Under the pieces are notes generated by a model, which had not been told where the DNA came from, made no database searches, and saw only the letters and a list, made by a program, of their open reading frames with translations. Positions 22,568 through 36,723 of a stretch of DNA of 64,000 nt are shown here, piece by piece. Made by a program: the position numbers and the translations under genes. Within the stretch, counting starts at the first letter, position 1. Every line of letters begins with the position of its first letter. Location of the stretch: the NCBI RefSeq assembly GCF_036971445.1, contig NC_091473.1:183892001-183956000 (forward strand), in the 5' to 3' direction. This stretch comes from Narcine bancroftii. Its lineage: Eukaryota.

Positions 22568-25189
22568 CACGGGAAGTGCTCGAGGGAAGGAATCGGCTGG
22601 GAGAACAAGAGGAGGGAGGGAGGGCATGGGAGAGAGAGGGAGTGAGGGAGAGGGTGAGAGAGAGGGAGTGAGGGAGCAGGAGAGGGAGTGAGGGAGTGGA
22701 GAGTGAGGGAGGGGGTGAGAGAGGGGGTGAGAGGGAGTGAGGGAGTGGGCGTGAGGGAGGAGGAGAGAGAGGGAGTGAGGGAGGAGGAGAGGGGGAGAGA
22801 GAGGGGGAGAGAGAGGGGGGGAGAGAGAGGGGGAGAGGGGGAGAGAGAGAAGGGAGTGAGGCAAAGAGGGAGTGAGGGAGCAGGAGAAAGGGAATGTGGG
22901 AGAGGGGGAAAGAGGTGAGGGTGAGGGTGGGAGGGAGAGAGAGAGGAGAGAGAAAGATTGGGAAAGAGAGGGGGAGATGGAGGGAGGGAGGGAGAAGTAA
23001 AGGAGAGAGGGAGGGAGAGAAAACAGAGGGTGATAGAAAAATAGAGAGCGAGAAAGAGAGGGGGGTGAGAGAGAGAGATAGAAGAAGACAGAAAGGGGAG
23101 AGACAAAGATACAATTAGACAGTCACAGACAGACACACAGCTCGCTCACACTTTCCGCACACAACCCCACCCACAGAAATGCAGAAAAACACTCACACCC
23201 ACGCGCATAGATTTATCCAAAAGCGTGTGCACTCTCACACCCAGACCCACTCCCTGAGTCAGAGATGTGCACACGCACACACACAGGGACACACCCGAGT
23301 GCCCCACTCGAGGACTCAACCCAGGCAGAGGAAAGGTCCGTTTCCCTTCACAGCGGTCGGTTCTGAGAAGGGGTTGGACCAACAAACCCCTCCTCTCTCC
23401 TCACTGCCCCTCCCTCCTCACCTCCCCCTCCCTCCCTCACTGTCCCTCTCTCCTCACCGTCCCCTCCCCTCCTCTCCGCCCCTCCCTCCTCACTGCCCCC
23501 TCCCTCCGTGTCCCTTCCAAAGCTTGTTCCTTGATTCTGATGCGTGGTGCAGTCTACTTATGGTTCAGGGCCAGTTACATCCATCAGTGCCCCATTCATT
23601 AACTCCAACCTGATGCTAATCCTTACCTCACTGTCTGTTGGGCAAACTCAGGTGGTCATGCAGCATCCACAGGTAGAAAAAGGCAGCCCACATTTTGGGC
23701 CTGGGCCTGAGGGGCTCGGCTGCTGAAGGAGCCACACAGATTGCTGGAGACGCAGTCAACAGAACCACACTGAGCTGCGGTCTGGAGAGCAAGTCATGGG
23801 AACCAGGTATCAGAGCTGAGATTCAAGAGAGCGCCAAGGGCAAGAAGGGGCTCCTGAAGGGGCCTCGGGAGCTGAAAAGCTTCCTGATTGTATTGGTGGG
23901 ACAAGAAGCAGACGGCGTGAGTTCAGGGTGAAGGGGGGGGGGAACTTCTTCACGCAGTGAGCAGTGGGAGCGTGGGGCAAGCTGAGGTGGTGAGTGCAGG
24001 CTCAACGTGAACATTTAAGAAAAGTGTGGACATGTGCATGGACTGCTCAGTGGGTTAAGGCAGATTAATAGTTTGGCACATACTAGATGGGCTGAAGGGC
24101 CTGTTTACTGTTCTATGATATTCAGCCCCACACAACGCACAGCATTTTTGTCTTGCACTTGAAGTAAATGATCAATCCTCCATAATCTCTTCCTGAACTG
24201 GGAACATTTAATGGACATATTTGTAGTTTTTTTAAAAATGGTAAATGGTTTCACTGCAGCAAGTAAGAATATTGGTACATCTGTACATTAAGAATAAACT
24301 GATGATAGAACAGCCAAAAGAACAGGCCCTTCAGCCTTTGATATTGTGCTGTCCCATAAACATCTATTCCACCACAATCTCACCCTTCCCTCCTTCACAC
24401 CCATAACCTTCTATTTCTCGGCCACTGTCTGAAGGTCTTTTGAATGTCCCCCCCATTGTACGAGCCTCCACCACCCACTGCCGCCCATGCTCCCACCGGT
24501 CTCCCTGTACGGAAATGTACTCCTGTCATCGTGCCAAAATTCTCCAGCCCTCACCTTAAACAGAGGGAGACCAACTCACCGACGTGTTGGAGGAACAGGG
24601 CAGGTCACACAGCGTCTACTGGAAGTAAAAGGGAACAAATGTTTCGGGCCTGAACCCATCATCAAGGTATGAGCAATAAAGACAGTCTGAATAAAACGAC
24701 TGAGGAAGGGGCAGGGGGAGGAAGAGAGGAGGGAGGAAGGGGCAGGGGAGGAGGAGAGGAGGGAGGAAGGGGCAAGAGGAGGAGGGAGGAAGGGTCAGGG
24801 AGAGGAGAGGAGGAAGGGGCAGGGAGAGGAGAGGAGGAGGGAGGAAGGGGCAGGGGAGAAGAGGAGGAGGGGAGGAGCAGGCCAACAGTTGGTGGGAGGG
24901 TAGAAAAGATGGGGGAGACTGTAGCTCTCTGATAGGAGAGAGAAGGGAGTGGGGAGTGAGAGGAAAGAGAGGGAAGGAAAGGAATTTGGTGAGGGGGGGT
25001 TAACAGAAATTGGAGGTCGATGTTGATGCTGACTGGTTAGAGAGGCCCCAGATGGAATATAAGGTGTTATTCCTCCAATTTAAATTTAAATTTTACATTT
25101 TTAATTTAGACATGCAGCCCAGTAACAGGCCATCTCAGCTCAGGAGACCGTGCCGCCCAATTACACCCAACTAACCTTCAACCCCAAAT

Positions 25190-25340
25190 ACATTATGAAG
25201 GGTGGGAGGAAACAAGAGCTCCCCGGGGACAACCCATGTAGGCAGGGGGAGAATGTACAGACAGGCAGCGCAGGATTCAAACCCCAGTCCTGATCGCTGG
25301 CGCTGTAACGGCTTTGCACTAACTGTACTGCCCAGGAATC
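25190..25340 (-). mobile_element. tRNA-derived SINE remnant
   Basis: Minus-strand B-box-like GGTTTGAATCC; similar pieces at ~37270-37445 and ~55210-55380. Confidence 0.45.
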
Positions 25341-26214
25341 CATATCGGTGTGAGGATGGGGGGGGGGAGTGGGGTGGGGGGTGAAATGGAAATTATTGGC
25401 CACTGGGAGGTGGATAAAGGAAAGGTTCTCAATGAAATGATCTCTCCTTCCACGTCCCGTCTCTCTGACATAGAGGAAGCTGCTATCGTCACCCTGGCTG
25501 ACCATCTGAATAAAAACCCCTCGTAAACTTACAAACCTCATCCTTCATCCCTCTCAAGAGAACAGCTCGAGCTCTTTGATCCTGGTGAATCTCCTCTGCA
25601 CCCTCTCAAAACCTTCCTCATCCTGTAATGAGGTGACCAGAATTGAACGTATTATTCCGAGCGCAGTCTAAACAGAGTCTTGTAGAGCTGTAACATTACC
25701 TCACAGCTCTTGAACGCAATCCTCCAACCCCAGCCACCCTATCAGCCGCCATCTACAGACGCTAAACGCAGGCTGAGAGCTGTCATCTACTTGCGGCAGG
25801 AGGACTTACGCGGGCTGCAGGCGGCTCACGGGAGCAGGAATCTAGAGGAGGCTGAAGGGGCAAGAAGAGCTCCCAAGAGGGGGCCCTCAGATGTTACTGG
25901 TCATGTCGGAGGCTCAAGTCTGGAGCTTGGGTTGATCAGGGGTCCGTGCGGCTGCAGAGGCTGCAGGGGGAGGGGGGGATTCTGCGGATACTCGGTGACT
26001 CTGAAGGGGCTCTCTTTTGCGTATCTCGTATTGTTAGGGGCACCGGGCAATGCTCGTGGTGACTCTTTATTTGCCTACAATGGACAAAAATTTAACCGAT
26101 TATTACGTGACATTTTTAATATATTGCATGACAATAAAAAGAATATTTGACCTAGACCCCAAGATCTCCCTGACCCTTCACACTGCCATTGACCAAGCAC
26201 TCTGCCTTTATCAG

Positions 26215-27170
26215 GAAGAATAATCAATTCTGAACTTGGTTTCTAGAAATATCAGAGCCAGTACAACATCTCTTCCTCCCTGATGATCAACAAAGGTGCA
26301 CCTCAGTGATGCTTGGTCAGCCCACTGATCTATTCACTCTACACCCGTAACTGTGAGGCCAGGCACAATTCCAAAGCTATCCACAAATTTGCTGATGACA
26401 CCATAGTCGTCGGCAGAATCACAGATGGCAATGGGGAAGCGTACGGGAGGGAGGTCGATCAGCTCATTGAGTGGTGTCATGCCAAAAACCTTGCGCTCAA
26501 CGTCAGCAAAACCAATGGTGGACTTCAAGAGGAAACCAGAACGCAATACGCTCCTTGTCGAGGGCTTAGTGGGGGATGGAGTCAAGAACTTCAAATTCCT
26601 GGCTGTCAACATCTCCCAGGATGCGTCCTGGAGCCGCCAGGTCGATGCAATCTCGAAGAAGGTTCACCAGTGGCTAGACTTCGTGAGGTGTTTGAGGAGA
26701 TTTGTTAAGTCACCAAAGATTCTCAAAAACTTCTACAGGTGGACTGTGGAGAGGATTCTGGCATCAGTGTCTGGTACATACAATAAGAAAAATCACCAGA
26801 GGGTTGTTAACTCGGCCTACGATGTCACAGGCACCAGACTCCACTCCACCAAGGATATCGACAAGAGGTGGTGTCTTAAGAAAGCAGCCTCTATCCTCAA
26901 GGACCCCCACCAACTAGAACAACCCCTTTTCACTCTGCTACCATCGGGAAGGGTCCAGGAGCCTGAAGATGAGCCCTCAGGGGCACCAGGAGGGTTTCTT
27001 CCCCCCTCTGCCTCCAGATTCCTGAACAGACAATGAACCCCAGGACATGGCCTCGCCTAGACGTTTTCTTGCTCTATTTTCATTTATTTTGGAAGGTGGT
27101 TCATAGAAATGTTTTCACTGTGATGCCTGCTATAAGACGACGAGACTTATTCGTGACAATAAATCCTGAT
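26215..27170 (+). mobile_element. Rex1/Babar-type LINE 3' fragment
   Basis: SPLIYSLYT, KFADDTIVVG, LNVSKT, FKFL, LPSG motifs; aataaa tail. Confidence 0.8.
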
Positions 27171-28653
27171 TCTGGGTCCTGCCATGGTACCATCATATCA
27201 ATTCTAGTCCAAACCAGAGTTTGACTTTGTGGTGTTAACATTTGGTTGTTGTTTGACCCTCAGTGGTTTGGTCCTGTCTTTCACATCCCATTTTTATTGC
27301 TCACTTCCTAGTTCTCTATTTTTGGAAACTTCCCCCCACCACCCCACCCCCAACCCCATGTCCAAGGGTTTGAAGCCTGTCCAAAGAACCAATGCAGTTT
27401 CACAGGAACTGAACGTTGAGGATTTGAATACGTCCCTTCTTCCAGAGTTCCATCTCCCCTCCCCCCCCCCCCATCTCTGGAATATCAGGCTCTGCTCGCC
27501 GTTCCGACATTGAGCAGTCCGGAGATGGGAGGTTGGATTGAGCAGGGAAGAGGGTGTGTGACCAGTCACACGATGGGCTTCCTGGGAAGACCGAGGACGT
27601 TTGAAATGTCCCCCCTCTGCGTCTCTCAACCACTTCTACAGGGGACATCCTTCCCGGACACATCCCAGCAGTGGACGAGAACTGCTTCCAAGGTTGTGGG
27701 AGGCGATGAATGCCTCTCAGAGCATCGCACGGGCCTCTTCCCTCCCTCGGTCCCTACAACCTCCAGCTCCCTGGAAGAGGCAGATAAGAGACCGAAGGGC
27801 CCCACCCCACCCCTCTCCCGCACTGGACACCCTCTCTCCTCCCCATCAGGGGAGAAGGCTCGAGAGTGGGGGGGAGTCATAGCCCAGACGGGTTCTTCCC
27901 AGCAGCCATCAGACTCCTAAATGAGCCCCACCCTAGTGCTCTCCTGCTGCCCTTGCCCAGTACTGACCTGTCACTGTAAATTGTGCCCCTTTTGGAACAT
28001 AAAACATTCCAGCACAGTACAGGACCTTCAGCCCATGATGCTGGGCTACTCCGCCAAAACCTCACCCGTCCTTCCCTAACTCTCACAACCTCTTACATCC
28101 ATGTGCCTATCTAAAAGTCTTTTAAATGTCCCTATTCTACCAGCCTCCACCACCATCCCTGGCAATCCACCCACCACTCTCTATGTTAAAAACACCCTTC
28201 ATGCTTCCCCTAAACTTTCCTTCCCTCACCTTAAACCACTGTCCTCTGGTGTTTGATATTGGGGGAAAGGGAGGAGGGCCAGTGGGTGGGAGAAGGGGGG
28301 AGATGGAGGGGGAGGAAGAGAGAGGAAGGGGGTGGGGAGGGGTGGAGAGTGGGGTAGAGGTGGGAGGGGGGAGGTTGGAAGAGGGAGATGTGGGGAAGAA
28401 TGAGAGGAAGGAAGAGGGGAATGGGGAGAAGCAGGGGTAGGGGGGTGGGAGAGGAAAAGGTTTGGGGCAGGTTTCTTTATACAGGGAGCAGTGGGTGCCT
28501 GGAATGCATTTCCGGGGGTGGTGGTAGAGGCTGGTATAATAGTGACATACAAAAGATTCTAGGACAGGCACATGGATGTCTGAAAAATAGTGGGTTATGG
28601 GTATGGAAGGGAAGGATTAGATTGTTGGATAGGCTCACATAGATTGTCACAAC

Positions 28654-29649
28654 TGTGACAGAGTATATTGATGTTATTGGGAGATAAATTGAGGTAAGGT
28701 TTTGTTAGTGTAGGTCACATACAAACACTTTAAAACAGATCATTGAAAATACTGGAGCTCTGCTAATGTTAGACATGTCGGGGCCTCAGAGCCTTTGCAA
28801 CAGCTTTGAAGAGTGCCCAAGAGACTTCACTAATAGATTGTTGTTTACCAAAAGGTAGCAGATGAAAGAGCTTGTCGGAGCCACATATTGTCTGGAGTGG
28901 AGCTTGCTGTTCTAAGAGGGTCATGTGGTTTTGCAAGCAGAGAGAGTCAAACAGGCTTTCTCAGATAAAGAGAGAGAGAGAGAGAGTTCGACAGTGTTAT
29001 AATAAGCAACACCAGCTGAAACTGGAACAGAACAAGCTGGTAAACTTATGGAAACCCCCATTTGGAAGATGGGTTGTGAGTGCTTGGTTCAGCCTGGTCA
29101 AAGCCCTTGTGGTTCATGCAAGAGGAGAGGACCAGCTGTCTAATGTTTCACTTGGAATAAGTGAAACAACAAGGAACTCTGTGGTGACCTGAAAGAAAGA
29201 GGTTATCATCTGGAGAACCCTGATGGGGCAAGTTTCTTCAGCAAGACACTGAAGTGGCTGATGGAAGTAAATGTACAACAAATCTCTCTCTGAAAACTGA
29301 CAAGAACCTTCCTGAGTGGAAACCATTTATCTTTTGAGCACCAAAGCCCTGGTGAACTTCATACATGTTAAATTTTGTGCACAGTAGAAGAATTGCCTGC
29401 AACCAATGAACTTGGAGAAATGAGAAGTGAGATTGGACTGTGAACCAAAGAACTTTTCTGAACTTACACACACGCATGCTTAGAATTAGAAGGAGGTTAA
29501 GTTAGGTTAGTTAAGTCAATAGTGATAAGCTAAAGTGTGATTCTGTTTTCACGTTTAAAGATAATTAAAAGCAAATTTTGTTTAAGTAACCATTTGTCTT
29601 AGTGAATATCTATTGCTGTTGGGTTTTGGGGTCTTCTGGGCTCGTTACA
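28654..29649 (+). mobile_element. Solo LTR family A, copy 3
   Basis: TGTGACA...GTTACA termini, perfect TSD CAAC, inserted in a CR1 3' tail. Confidence 0.85.
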
Positions 29650-29689
29650 CAACATTCAGTGCTAAAGGGCCTGTACTGTGCTAATGTAA

Positions 29690-30325
29690 AAACACGACGC
29701 TGGAGAAACTCAGCAGGTCAAACAGTATACTTTATACAGCAAAGATACATCACCAACATTTCGGGCTTGAGCCCTTCATCATGGTGCGGAAAATGTCAGC
29801 AGGTGTCAGAATAAAATGGTAATGGGGAGGGGCAGGACCCACAGGCAGGAGGTAATAGGTGGATAAGGGAGGGAAGGTACACTGGGAGGAGGGGGGTGGC
29901 TCTGTGAATAGAGAGGGAAGGGGGTAGAGAGTTAAGGGAAAGGAGAGGGAGGGAAGAATGGAGACTGGGCTAGCAGAAACTGGACAGAAAGTCGAGTGCT
30001 GCTACTCCAATTTTACAGGTGGTCTTGGTGGGGCAGTACACGAGGCCGCATACGGACCTGTGAGCATGGAATTGAAGTGGTTGGCCCTGGGAGGTCCCTG
30101 TCACTGATGCGGATGGAGCAAAGGCGGTCAGCAAAGCCTTCTTCCAGTCTGCGCCCAGTCTCTGCGATGTGGAGAAGGCCACAAAGGGAGCACCGGGTGC
30201 AGTAGGTCACTTCCGCGGATACACAAGTGAAGGGCTCAAGCCCAGAACGCTGGTGATGTATATTTATCTTTGCTATATAAAGTCCACTGTTTGAACAGCT
30301 AAGTTTCTCCAGCATTGTTTTTATT
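29690..30325 (-). mobile_element. Penelope-like remnant flanked by ~90-bp inverted pseudo-LTR copies
   Basis: CTRCSLCGLLHIAETGRRL...DRLCSIR (GIY-YIG) on minus; 29695-29785 is an inverted copy of 30228-30320. Confidence 0.65.
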
Positions 30326-30629
30326 TCAACCACTGTGTCGGCAGACTTTTGCACTTTACTTTGGCCTATACTCTGCTGTAGTGTTCTATGATACAAGATC
30401 AAGATAGTATTAGGTCAAAGAAACGGGCAGATCATGTTCCCAAAATGTACAGTGGATTGGGAAAACGTGTAGGTGAAGAAGTGAAATATGAGACTGGTTC
30501 AATAAAATCAACAAAAAAGACCTAACAGCTGGCAGACAGAAGAAAAAGATCAACAGTTTGTCATCTTATTTTCCTTTCGAAAGATACTTCCTCAAACCCA
30601 TCGGTATAGCCAACCTCCTCGGGATGTTT

Positions 30630-31155
30630 AATATGACATCGGGAAACCCTGGCAAATTTCTACATATCTGTGGTGGAAAGTGCACTGACTGGCCAAATCA
30701 CTAGTATCCCTGAGTGGAGAGCCCTGCAGAAGGCTGTGGACACAGCCCAGGACATCACAGCGAAAGCCCTCCCCACCGTTGTGAGCACCTATGGGGATCA
30801 CTGCTGTCGGAGAGCAACAGCAACCATAAAAGGACACCCAGCGCACGCTCTGTTTGTGCCGCTGCCGTCAGGAAAGAGGTCTCAGTGCCACAAGACTCGC
30901 ACCCCCTAGGTTCTGGAACAGCTGCTCCCCCTCCACCATCAGATTCCTTGACAACCAACTCAATCAGGGGCTCTTGTAAGGACTCCAACTTTATTGTTTT
31001 TATTCTCTCTGTGTTGCACAGTTTATTTACATTATTTGTTTACATTGAGTACAGTGTTTTTGCACTGCCAATAAATGGTAATTCTGCCTCACCTGCAGGA
31101 ACAAAGAATCTCAGGGTTGTATGTGATGTCATGTATGTCCTCTGACAATAAATTT
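30630..31155 (+). mobile_element. Rex1/Babar LINE 3' fragment
   Basis: VESALTG, ALQKAVDTAQDIT, HALF.PLPSGKR motifs. Confidence 0.75.
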
Positions 31156-31699
31156 GTTTAATCCCATTTCAATTTCAAGTTCAAGTTTATTACCATCCAA
31201 TTACATTAGACATTTTTTTTTCTAAAAGGTTTGCTTCCTGACAGAATAATTGGGGATTATGATCGACAACTTCAAGCTAAACACAAAGATAATCTCAAAT
31301 GTATCATGTAGGAAGTTTGAGAATCATTGAATAAACTTTTATTAAATTTATTATGTTTAATCACAGAATGTACCTCTGAGTCAAGCTCTCAGGTTGACTG
31401 GAAAAGTGAGGAGCCCAGGGTTTGTCTTGGTCACCAATTTTACAACCTAAGTAGAGCTCATAGTCTTTCTTAATAAGTGCAGTCATGCTGTGTCTTTGAG
31501 CCTTAAGCGTATCCTTGCCACAAATGTAACAGAATATGTTGCAGCTGTTTTGACATTGATTTCAGCTGTACTGAATCTTCCTGAAGACAATAAATGCTAT
31601 TGTTAAGTACACTCACTATGCTATTGCCTGTAGAACATGTGCATCAACATGCATTCAATCTATACCAGCAGTTCTCAACCTTTTTCTTTCCACTCACAT

Positions 31700-31930
31700 T
31701 CTTTCTTTTCTTTGGCTTGGCTTCACGGACGAAGATTTATGGAGGGGTAAAGTCCACGTCAGCTGCAGGCTCGTTTGTGGCTGACAAGTCCGATGCGGGA
31801 CAGACGGACACGGTTGCAGCGGTTGCAAGGGAAAATTGGTTGGTTGGGGTTGGGTGTTGGGTTTTTCCTCCTTTGTCTTTTGACAGTGAGGTGGACTCTG
31901 CGGGTCTTCTTCAAAGGAGGTTGCTGCCCG
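31700..31930 (-). mobile_element. RTE LINE 3' fragment inserted into a hAT-type MITE
   Basis: Reverse complement of 51655-51878; flanks match the MITE at 63334. Confidence 0.85.
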
Positions 31931-34174
31931 CATTACTACTTTACATATTCCCTATGCCATAGGTGCTCCATGATTAGCAAACGATTGTGAATCTGAAGGG
32001 GTCACCTTGTGCTCCTGATTTGACCTCTACTACATCAGAAAGATGGGGTGCAGCTAGGGAGATCGTTACGCTACTTTCGCTCTGCTTGCTGCAACACCAG
32101 ACCTCCCAGTGACCAACCATTTAAATTCCACTCACATTTCCCATAATGACGTGTCTCTCCATGGCCTCGTGACTTGCCAAACAAAAGCTATAGGCAAATT
32201 GATGAACAACACCACAATTTCCTTCCTTTCCCTCTCCTACCAGAGAGACCAACCCTCTCCCCTTTCACATAAATGTTTTTCTCTTCTACCTTCCCATCTC
32301 AATCTATCGATGATCTCTAAGCCTGTGCTCCACATCTTCAAGTCACCTTTATTTATCGTTCATTCCATGCTCGCACGGTAGACAAGATAGCGTTTCTCCA
32401 GAACTACAGAGCTGTAAATGTAAATTAGAAGTTAAATAATACATATACTATAAGAGTCCACGGTACCATGGTCCTCTATCCCCCTATCTTCTGGAAATTC
32501 AGGAGTCTGATGGCCGGAGGGAAAAAACTGTTGCCCAATCTGGACATAAAGGGACCTAGTGCTGCAATACCTTCTACCAGATGACAGATGGGAGAACAGT
32601 TTACAGAAGGGGGGGTGTAGAGTCCTTCATAATGTTTATTGCCTTCCGCCTGCATCGAGTGTTCACGATGTCCTTCACGATAGGAAGAGAGCCCCCAGTG
32701 ATCTTTTCCGTTGACTTCATGATCCTCTGCAGGGTCTCGTGGTCCGAGGAGGTACAGCTACCAAACTAGGCGGTGATGCAGTTGCACAGGATGCTCTCGA
32801 TACATCCTCTGTAGGATGTAGTGGGGATGGGGGGGTGGATGAACTTTCCTAGGAAGTAGAGGCGCTGCTGGGCTTTCTTGACTATGGAGCTGGTGAGATT
32901 CTCCGCCAAGTGCACTCCAAGGAACTTGATACTCTTGACGACCTCAACAGTGCAGCCGTCAATGGTCAGCAGAGCATGGTCCCCCCTGGGCCATTCTGAA
33001 GTCGACAACCATCTCTTCTTTTTTGGTGTTTTCTTGCCCTCCCTCTTACTCAACCAACACCCCCCCCTTCCATTCCCACCTTTTTACTTAGGTGCCTGGC
33101 CTGCCCATTACTGCTGATACCTGACAAAGGGCCCAGGCCCCAGAACATTGGTCACTCTCTACTTCCCATGGAAGCTTGAGATTCTCCAGCATGTTTGTGC
33201 GTTGCCCCCATCCCTGCCTTACCAACTCATCCTCGACACGTGCATCAGTGGAGCTCAGGGAGAGCTAGACGAGACAGGAACCAGCATGTTCAGCACCCTG
33301 GAGGAAGTGACTAGTTCCTGGATGAACTTGTATAAGCCTGCATATACATTAGTGAAGCGTCACAAAAGCCTGAACACTTTTGAGTGAAACAAGACCATAA
33401 ATAATGAATGGCACAATTATCTTAAAAATATAATTGAATCGCATTTATTTAAATCACATTTTAACAACAGAGTAAATATTAACAGACTTAACCTGCAAAA
33501 TGTGGGTGCAGGTCCATCACTTTGCAGAGAAACATTTTACAGGCAATGAAGAATGACACAAATTAAATTTTGGCTTCAATCAATTTCGTGGATCAACACA
33601 TCCAATGTCTTAATTTTCAAATTCATATTCTGCTTGCATTTTTGATTAAATGTTGCAAACCCCAGTATCAGGAACCTCAAAGGAAGAAGTGACCCCTGAA
33701 GGGACATCTGCAGCTTGATCAATAGCCCAGGCCCGAAACATAGGACACCCTCAACTTCTGATGCATGGCCTGCTGAGTTTCTCCAGCAAGTTTGTGCATT
33801 GCAACTGGAGCAATGAGTCAGCAGCGCGGGTCGGTTCTCCCGAATGGGGCAACAATAAAAGTGGTCGCTTCGTCGATCACTGTTCATGAACTCAGTGTGA
33901 TCACAGCCAGTATACCTCAGTGGGGCAGTTTATCCCAGTCGGATGGATAGAGGGTTGGACACATGGTGATGATAACCACCCCTTGTCTCCAATTTTCACA
34001 GGGAGAGGGAACCACCAGAACACATCTTTGAAATTCAAAACATCTCCATAAAGAAAATGAAAGAAATGACAATGTTAATACAGTTTGAGAAAACAGATAT
34101 TCAAGGCTGTTCAGAAAGAAAGTATTTTGCAAATTTAATGCAATTTAAAACTGGTTACCGTGCTCTGTTATTGT

Positions 34175-34823
34175 TCAATGCATTCTCTCAGGTGAACTGA
34201 GATAGCTGCTTAATTCTTGAATTTTTTCCCCATACACACCACATGTTACAAGGCAAGTGTGAACTTTGTTCTGATAGAGATAAGCAAAGCTCTGACTGCA
34301 GTCTGAACATTTATACGGCCTCTCTCCCGTGTGGATCTGCAGGTGTCGATGGAGGGTCTCTGAGTATGTGAAACCCTTCCACAGAATAAACATTTATGTG
34401 GTCTCCCTCCCATGTGGATCCAATGGTGTTGATGGAGGTGCCCTGGTCATGTGAAACTCTTCCCACAGAGTGAACATTTATATGGTCTCTCTCCCGTGTG
34501 GATCCACTGATGTCGATGGAGGTGCCCTGGTCGTGTGAAACTCTTCCCGCAGTCTGAACATTCATGCACTCCCTTGTTTGTGAGTGTTTTATCACCATGT
34601 GTCTTTACAAATGCCCTTCTTCTGTCAGATGGTCTGAAGGGATCCTGCCCACGATTACATTGCAAGTCTAAGTTTCCAACAGCAAAAGAAGGCTGTGCCA
34701 TTGACGTTTGTCTGAATGCTTCAAGATGCTGCCTTAAATGCCTTTTAAGGATATCTGTGATGGTAAATGCAAAATTGCAATAAAGGCAAAGATTATAGTT
34801 GCCTTGAGTCACTCGATGTACTG
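34175..34823 (-). pseudogene. PRDM9: PRDM9-like last exon: proximal zinc finger plus disrupted C2H2 array
   Basis: [21 protein letters not shown], then 84-bp TGERPY-linked fingers; TGA at 34447-34449, 1-nt deletion near 34380, degenerate distal fingers. Confidence 0.8.
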
Positions 34824-35327
34824 CTGGAAAAGGAAGCACACTTTCAGTAAACAAAGTTCCCATACAGAAGTAAGAGTAGCAAAGGCTTCAGTATTGATGA
34901 GCTGGCTGGAGATGTTAATTGAAAGAATTAGGCGCTGGTCACCTAATTGCAGGAAGGATACAGATGCTTGATGGAGGATGCAGAGATTTACTGGGACTGG
35001 AGAACATCTCAAGTTGACAGAACTCAGGCTTTTCAGTTTGGAGTGATGGAGGCGATTTAATTGAGGTAAATAAGATTACGACAGGCACAATTAGGATGGA
35101 CAGCCAAAACCTTTTATCAGGGCAGCATTGGGCAATAGCAGGGGACATTTGTTTAAGGTGAGTCAAGGATAAACCTCAGAACTGTGATTTATTTACACAC
35201 AGAGTCATGGGGAGTGGAATGCACTGCCAGGGGTGGTGGTGGTGAAGGCTCGTTCAATAGGGACATTTAAAAGATACTGAGATAGGCAAATTTAAAAGAC
35301 ACTGAGAGACAATTTCGCTGTCAATAC

Positions 35328-35619
35328 TGTGGTGGTACACCACCGGCCTACTGCAGAGGGCAACCTCTGTACCTGCAGGAGTGTAAGGGAACAGGACAAC
35401 ACCTGGCCATCTGTCAATCAGTCAGCCTGAATGGATCAAGCCCCACCGGGTCGGGTGTCAATCACGCTCCGGTATATAAGCCTGTGCTGGCCTCCCGAGG
35501 CCTCACACAGAGTTGTTGGAGCCACAGCCAGCCTGGCTCTGTGGAAATCTTTGTGGATTAAAGGCTGTTGTACAGTCTTTACCTTGTGTGTGTCTGATTC
35601 TGTCTAACAGCGCACCACA
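35328..35619 (+). mobile_element. Short solo LTR (~290 bp), family C
   Basis: TGTGGTG...CACCACA termini, near-TSD aatac/gatac; second copy at 54901-55194. Confidence 0.7.
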
Positions 35620-36096
35620 GATACCACAGTAGTGGGTAGAGTCAGTATACAAGAGGGAAATTGAGAACTTGGCCAACAATAACCTTGCACTTAATGTCAC
35701 CAAAACCAAGGAGCTCAATGTTGACTTCCGGAAGGGAAAACCAGAAGTGTATGATCCAGTGATCAGAGGTAAAGAGAGTGAGCAAATTTAAGTTCTAGGA
35801 AGTCACTATCTCAGAGGATCTTTTCTGTACCCAACACTCAAATGGCATCGTGAAGAAAGCACGTTGGTGCCTCTACTTCCTCGGGAGTTTGTGGAGGTTT
35901 GGTATGACATCAGAGATCCTGGCAAATTTCTATGCATGTGTGGTGGAAAGTGTGCTGACTGGTTGCCCTCATGGTCTGGTATGGGGACCCCGAGTGGAAA
36001 GCCCTGCAAAAGGTGGTGGACACAGTCCAGGACATCACAGGCAAAACCCTCCCCGCCATTGAGAATATCTATGGGGAGAGCAGCAGCGATCATCAA

Positions 36097-36723
36097 TGTT
36101 AGAAACAGAAGTACCTTCACAGAAATTGCTCAAGACAAAAATTGAGAACAAAGAACATTTATTATACAACAATGCAAAGTTGGGTGCTTCCCCTTACCCT
36201 GGGAATACACACATACACTGGGGCTCACCCAACTTTTATACAGTTTATTTCAGTATAGAAGTACCCTCCCCCTTACATTCTTCTGCCTCCTGGATGAGTT
36301 TGGCATTAGGCAATCCTGTCTGCCTACGTACTGTTTCTGTGAACTTGGAGGACCAGGGGGCATCCTGTCAGTGTCCCATCATGTCATTGTCCTTATTCAC
36401 ACCTTCCTGACTCTCAGGGCTGACTAACTTCTTACATGCAGAACTTGCTAATTCTGTCTAAGGCTAGAAGACCCTTATCTTATTCAAACTAACTTTACTT
36501 CCTACATTCTATTATCTATTATCTATCCTTATCTTATTCATACAGTGAACTTGCTGATTCTGTCTAAAAGGCTAGAAGACCCTTATCTTATTCAGACTAA
36601 CTTTACTTCCTACATTCTAATATTTATTTTTATCCTATTCATACTGGCTTTATTCATTACACATATATCAAAACTAGTTTCCTCATCTTCATATTTTTAT
36701 ATCAGTTTTACTCATCTCTCACA
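36097..36723 (-). mobile_element. ERV solo LTR (family B) inserted in a Rex1 LINE
   Basis: Homologous to the proviral LTR at 41241; perfect TSD TCAA. Confidence 0.9.
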
